NCBI GenBank assembly: GCA_041665785.1
Contig: JBAYIE010000003.1
Span: 14,120 to 78,119, forward strand
Direction: 5' to 3'
Source of the DNA: Bacteroidia bacterium
Lineage (GTDB): Bacteria > Bacteroidota > Bacteroidia > UKL13-3
Length of the DNA: 64,000 nt
Made by a program: the position numbers and the translations under genes. This document shows, piece by piece, positions 61,149 through 64,000 of the stretch (positions are counted from its first letter, which is position 1; each line of letters begins with the position of its first letter). The notes under the pieces are model-generated. The model did not search any database and was not told where the DNA came from. It saw nothing but the letters and a program-made list of their open reading frames with translations.

Positions 61149-64000
61149 TCAAAGGTTCATTAAATAGTGTAAGTGAATCAGGTTTTGATTATAGTTTTGC
61201 AAGGCGTCGAAGTATTGCAGATTTACAGCTGAGGCCTGATTAATGAGCATGAGCCAGTTCAGGTAATTGATCTCGCCACTACGCATTTGCGCATTGGCAG
61301 CCTGAATGAGTTCCTGCATCTGACTTTTCAATCGTTCATACCGGTTCAATATCTCCGACGATTCACGATACGTTTTCAACGCTTGTTTGTATTCCGTTTC
61401 CCAGGCCTGCATGCTCAGCTGCAATTTGTTTTTTTGAATGGAAGTTTGAATAGAAGCCGCTTGTATATGGTGTTTTTGAGAGCCATAGAAAACAGGAATA
61501 GCCAAACCTACCTGCGCCGATTGGAATCGGGTAGAAGTAGAATAGGTTATCCCATCTGCGCCATTACCGACCATAGTCATGTTGTTATACCCCACTGTTA
61601 ATTCAGGTAAAAACTTGCGTCGGTTGAGTCGCAAAGTTGCTTCTGTAGCCTGCAATTCAGATTCCAGTGAACGCAAATACGGATGTTCTTTCAGGTTAAA
61701 GTTTTGAAGCGGCAACGAATCCTGTAATTTTTTCAGAGGATCACTTAAGGTAAAGCTATCGTTTGTGTTCAACAACAATTGAAGCTGCATATAGGTGTTT
61801 GCATAATCGAGCTCAGCCCTATTTGATAACAAGGCAGATTGGCTGCTTTGTATGGAAGCTGAGATAGACTCAATGCGGTTGCTTTCACCTTTGGCAACGC
61901 GCATATCGCTTAACTTTGATGCATAATTAAATAAGCTGTCGAGTGTTTGATAGGCGGACTTTTTTTCATGAAGGTACAACATCGTCAGGTAGGTACTTCT
62001 CACTTTTCGCGTCAGTTCCTTTTCCTTCAGCATCTGCTGATAATTCATGCCTTTCCAATCAGCCCTCATGACTTGTTTTTGTGCGGCGTAAATTCCCGGT
62101 AAAGCGAATGACTGAATAACCGAAAAACGATTGTCTTTATAGGCACTGTTGATCTGACCATATTCGGCTGAAAACAATGTTTTTGGTGGATCAAAGGAAG
62201 TTCCTAGCAATGATTTTTGATAGGCTGTGTTCAATACCGATCCCTGCAATTCGAGATTGTTTTTTAATGCTGTCTGAATGGCCTGATTCAGCGTAAGGGA
62301 TGTTTGCGCCTGTGAGGCAAATGGGAAGAGTAGCATCAGGAGCCAAACTTTAGGAATTGCAGACAAAGCGGAGAACTTTTTTCGGTTAAAAAGAATATAC
62401 AACATAGGCAAAACATAAAGAGTTAAAAATGTTGATAGCAGCAATCCGCCAATTACAACTGTTGCCAGTGGCCGCTGTACTTCGGCACCTGCACCGTTGC
62501 TCAGTGCCATGGGAAAAAATCCGAATGAAGCTACTGCAGCAGTCATGAGTACGGGTCGAAGACGAAGTGTTGTGGCTTTGATAACGGATTGGATCAGGTT
62601 TTCGTTATCTGTAACTACCATGCGTTTGAATTCAGCCACCAATACAATTCCATTCAGTACTGATACCCCAAAAAGGGCAATGAATCCGATGCCTGCACTT
62701 ATGCTGAAAGGCATTCCGCGCAGTGCCAGTAAATATATTCCACCGGTCGCCGATAAGGGAATGGCCGAATAAATTAATAAACTCAGGCTTACGGATTGGA
62801 ACGCGAAATACAATAAGAGGAAGATCAACAACAATACAATTGGAACTGCAATGAATAATCGTTGCTTTGCTGCATTCAGATTTTCGAATGCACCGCCAAA
62901 CGTGATATAATATCCGGGCGGGAATTTAATTTGGTTTTCACTTTTTTGATTCAGTTCCTGAACAATGCTTTGTACATCCCTGTTTCGTACATTAAATCCA
63001 ACAACAATTCTGCGCTTGGCATCTTCGCGCTGAATTTGATTTGGTCCATGCGTGTAGTTGATTTTAGCCAGCAGATGCAGTGGAATCTGACCTCCTCCCG
63101 GAACCGGAATCAACAGGTTGTTGATAGATCCGGCATCATTTCGCAACTCCTGATTTAAACGTACTACAAGATCAAATCTTTTTTCACCTTCGAGCACGAT
63201 TCCGCTGCTTTGACCTGCAAAGGATGCATTGATTACCTTGTTCACATCAGCAATATTCACGCGATATTGAGCCAGGGCAGCCCGGTTGAATTCAATTACT
63301 ACCTGTGGCATACCCAATGCCGCTTCAATATACAAATCGCGTGCACCATCAATGGTTTGTATAATTTTGCCCAGTGCATGAGCATAAGCTGATAATGTAT
63401 CCAGATTTTCGCCAAAAATTTTGCAAACTACATCTTGCCGGGCTCCGGTCATTAATTCGTTGAAACGCATTTGAACTGGGTATTGAAAGCCCACCTGTAA
63501 ACCGGGAATAGCAGATAGCGAGGCAGCCATTTTATCAGCCATCTCCGGAAATGTTTTCGCTGATGTCCATTCTTTCTTGTCTTTCAGAATGATCATCATA
63601 TCGGCCGCTTCGATGGGCATGGGATCAGTTGGAACTTCACCGCTTCCGATTTTCGTTACTACTTTTTCAACCTCGGGATATTCTTTTTTTAATATGCGCG
63701 AAGCTTTGGAAACCATATCCACCATCGTATTCAGATTGCTTCCTGTCATGATCCGTGTTTCCACGGCAAAATCGCCTTCTTCCAGTTGTGGTATAAATTC
63801 CCCACCCATTTGACTTAAAACCAAAACAGCACCGGTAAACAAGGTAAGTGCTGATCCAAGAATAAGCTTCGGATATTGTAAAACTTTCTGCAAGCTATGA
63901 GTGAACCCTGCGCTTAATTGCGTAAAATAATGTTCTGTAATACCCGGTTTTTTGCGGTAATTCCGGTTTAACAACCAGGCGCTCATCATCGGAACATACG
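61149..64000 (-). CDS. CusA/CzcA-type heavy-metal RND permease (C-terminal half; 5' end outside window) continuing in frame into a TolC/CzcC-like outer membrane factor domain
   Basis: The first roughly 545 aa match the C-terminal half of CzcA (…RPVLMTAAVASFGFFPMALS…LPMLYILF). With no stop codon, the frame then reads …KKFSALSAIPKVWLLMLLFPFASQAQ|TSLTLNQAIQTALKNNLELQ…, a complete OEP/TolC-like domain of about 400 aa. The reading frame stays open to coordinate 64000. Confidence 0.8.
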   Translation of the reverse strand, partial: YVPMMSAWLLNRNYRKKPGITEHYFTQLSAGFTHSLQKVLQYPKLILGSALTLFTGAVLVLSQMGGEFIPQLEEGDFAVETRIMTGSNLNTMVDMVSKASRILKKEYPEVEKVVTKIGSGEVPTDPMPIEAADMMIILKDKKEWTSAKTFPEMADKMAASLSAIPGLQVGFQYPVQMRFNELMTGARQDVVCKIFGENLDTLSAYAHALGKIIQTIDGARDLYIEAALGMPQVVIEFNRAALAQYRVNIADVNKVINASFAGQSSGIVLEGEKRFDLVVRLNQELRNDAGSINNLLIPVPGGGQIPLHLLAKINYTHGPNQIQREDAKRRIVVGFNVRNRDVQSIVQELNQKSENQIKFPPGYYITFGGAFENLNAAKQRLFIAVPIVLLLIFLLLYFAFQSVSLSLLIYSAIPLSATGGIYLLALRGMPFSISAGIGFIALFGVSVLNGIVLVAEFKRMVVTDNENLIQSVIKATTLRLRPVLMTAAVASFGFFPMALSNGAGAEVQRPLATVVIGGLLLSTFLTLYVLPMLYILFNRKKFSALSAIPKVWLLMLLFPFASQAQTSLTLNQAIQTALKNNLELQGSVLNTAYQKSLLGTSFDPPKTLFSAEYGQINSAYKDNRFSVIQSFALPGIYAAQKQVMRADWKGMNYQQMLKEKELTRKVRSTYLTMLYLHEKKSAYQTLDSLFNYASKLSDMRVAKGESNRIESISASIQSSQSALLSNRAELDYANTYMQLQLLLNTNDSFTLSDPLKKLQDSLPLQNFNLKEHPYLRSLESELQATEATLRLNRRKFLPELTVGYNNMTMVGNGADGITYSTSTRFQSAQVGLAIPVFYGSQKHHIQAASIQTSIQKNKLQLSMQAWETEYKQALKTYRESSEILNRYERLKSQMQELIQAANAQMRSGEINYLNWLMLINQASAVNLQYFDALQNYNQNLIHLHYLMNL

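Noticed and set aside
1-64000. CRISPR arrays, transposases/IS elements, restriction-modification, toxin-antitoxin or other defence systems
   Set aside because: No spacer-repeat architecture was found (the tandem repeats present lack unique spacers), and no recombinase, nuclease or methyltransferase defence signatures appear among the ORFs.

Overview
This 64 kb window is Bacteroidota chromosome, recognised from a T9SS C-terminal sorting domain protein, an S46 DPP7-type peptidase, long-form PstC/PiT proteins and a CcsBA-type cytochrome c biogenesis protein. The class is probably Chitinophagia or Sphingobacteriia. It is dominated by core housekeeping genes.

Main blocks, in order:
- Ribosomal-protein/RNA polymerase operon tail: secY (5' truncated), infA, rpmJ, rpsM, rpsK, rpsD, rpoA, rplQ, ending in a terminator.
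- Two LPP20-like lipoproteins.
- A minus-strand pyrE–plsC–plsC–gatC–ABC ATPase string, head to head with a NUDIX hydrolase gene.
- A DUF4139-like protein, an acyl-CoA carboxylase carboxyltransferase, an M16 peptidase, ltaE, an MBL-fold hydrolase and a DUF1624 membrane protein.
- mfd.
- A surface-polysaccharide block: O-antigen ligase-like protein, Wzz-like protein, Wzx flippase and a GT4 glycosyltransferase.
- fhs, rnhB, mnmC-domain methyltransferase, tRNA-Ser(UGA) and a T9SS cargo protein.
- An ArsR-controlled five-gene thiol-redox/permease cluster.
- OsmC, a SRAP (YedK-like) peptidase and Hsp20.
- An FAD oxidoreductase and a dipeptide epimerase.
- A complete pstSCAB-phoU operon plus a PiT transporter.
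- S46 peptidase, lepA, folD, queE, CcsBA, and a heavy-metal RND operon in which the CzcA permease reads in frame into a TolC-like outer membrane factor (5' end outside the window).

I found no CRISPR array, transposase, integrase or recognisable defence system. I do not see a convincing wholly novel multi-gene system and will not overclaim one. The observations most worth a second look are:
- A dispersed intergenic repeat family with an AACCATTAAC core embedded in AATAAC-rich tandem repeats at four loci, including an 84-bp x3.4 and a 90-bp x2 tandem array.
- The ArsR cluster with a duplicated 19-bp operator-like motif.
- The in-frame RND permease–OMF junction.
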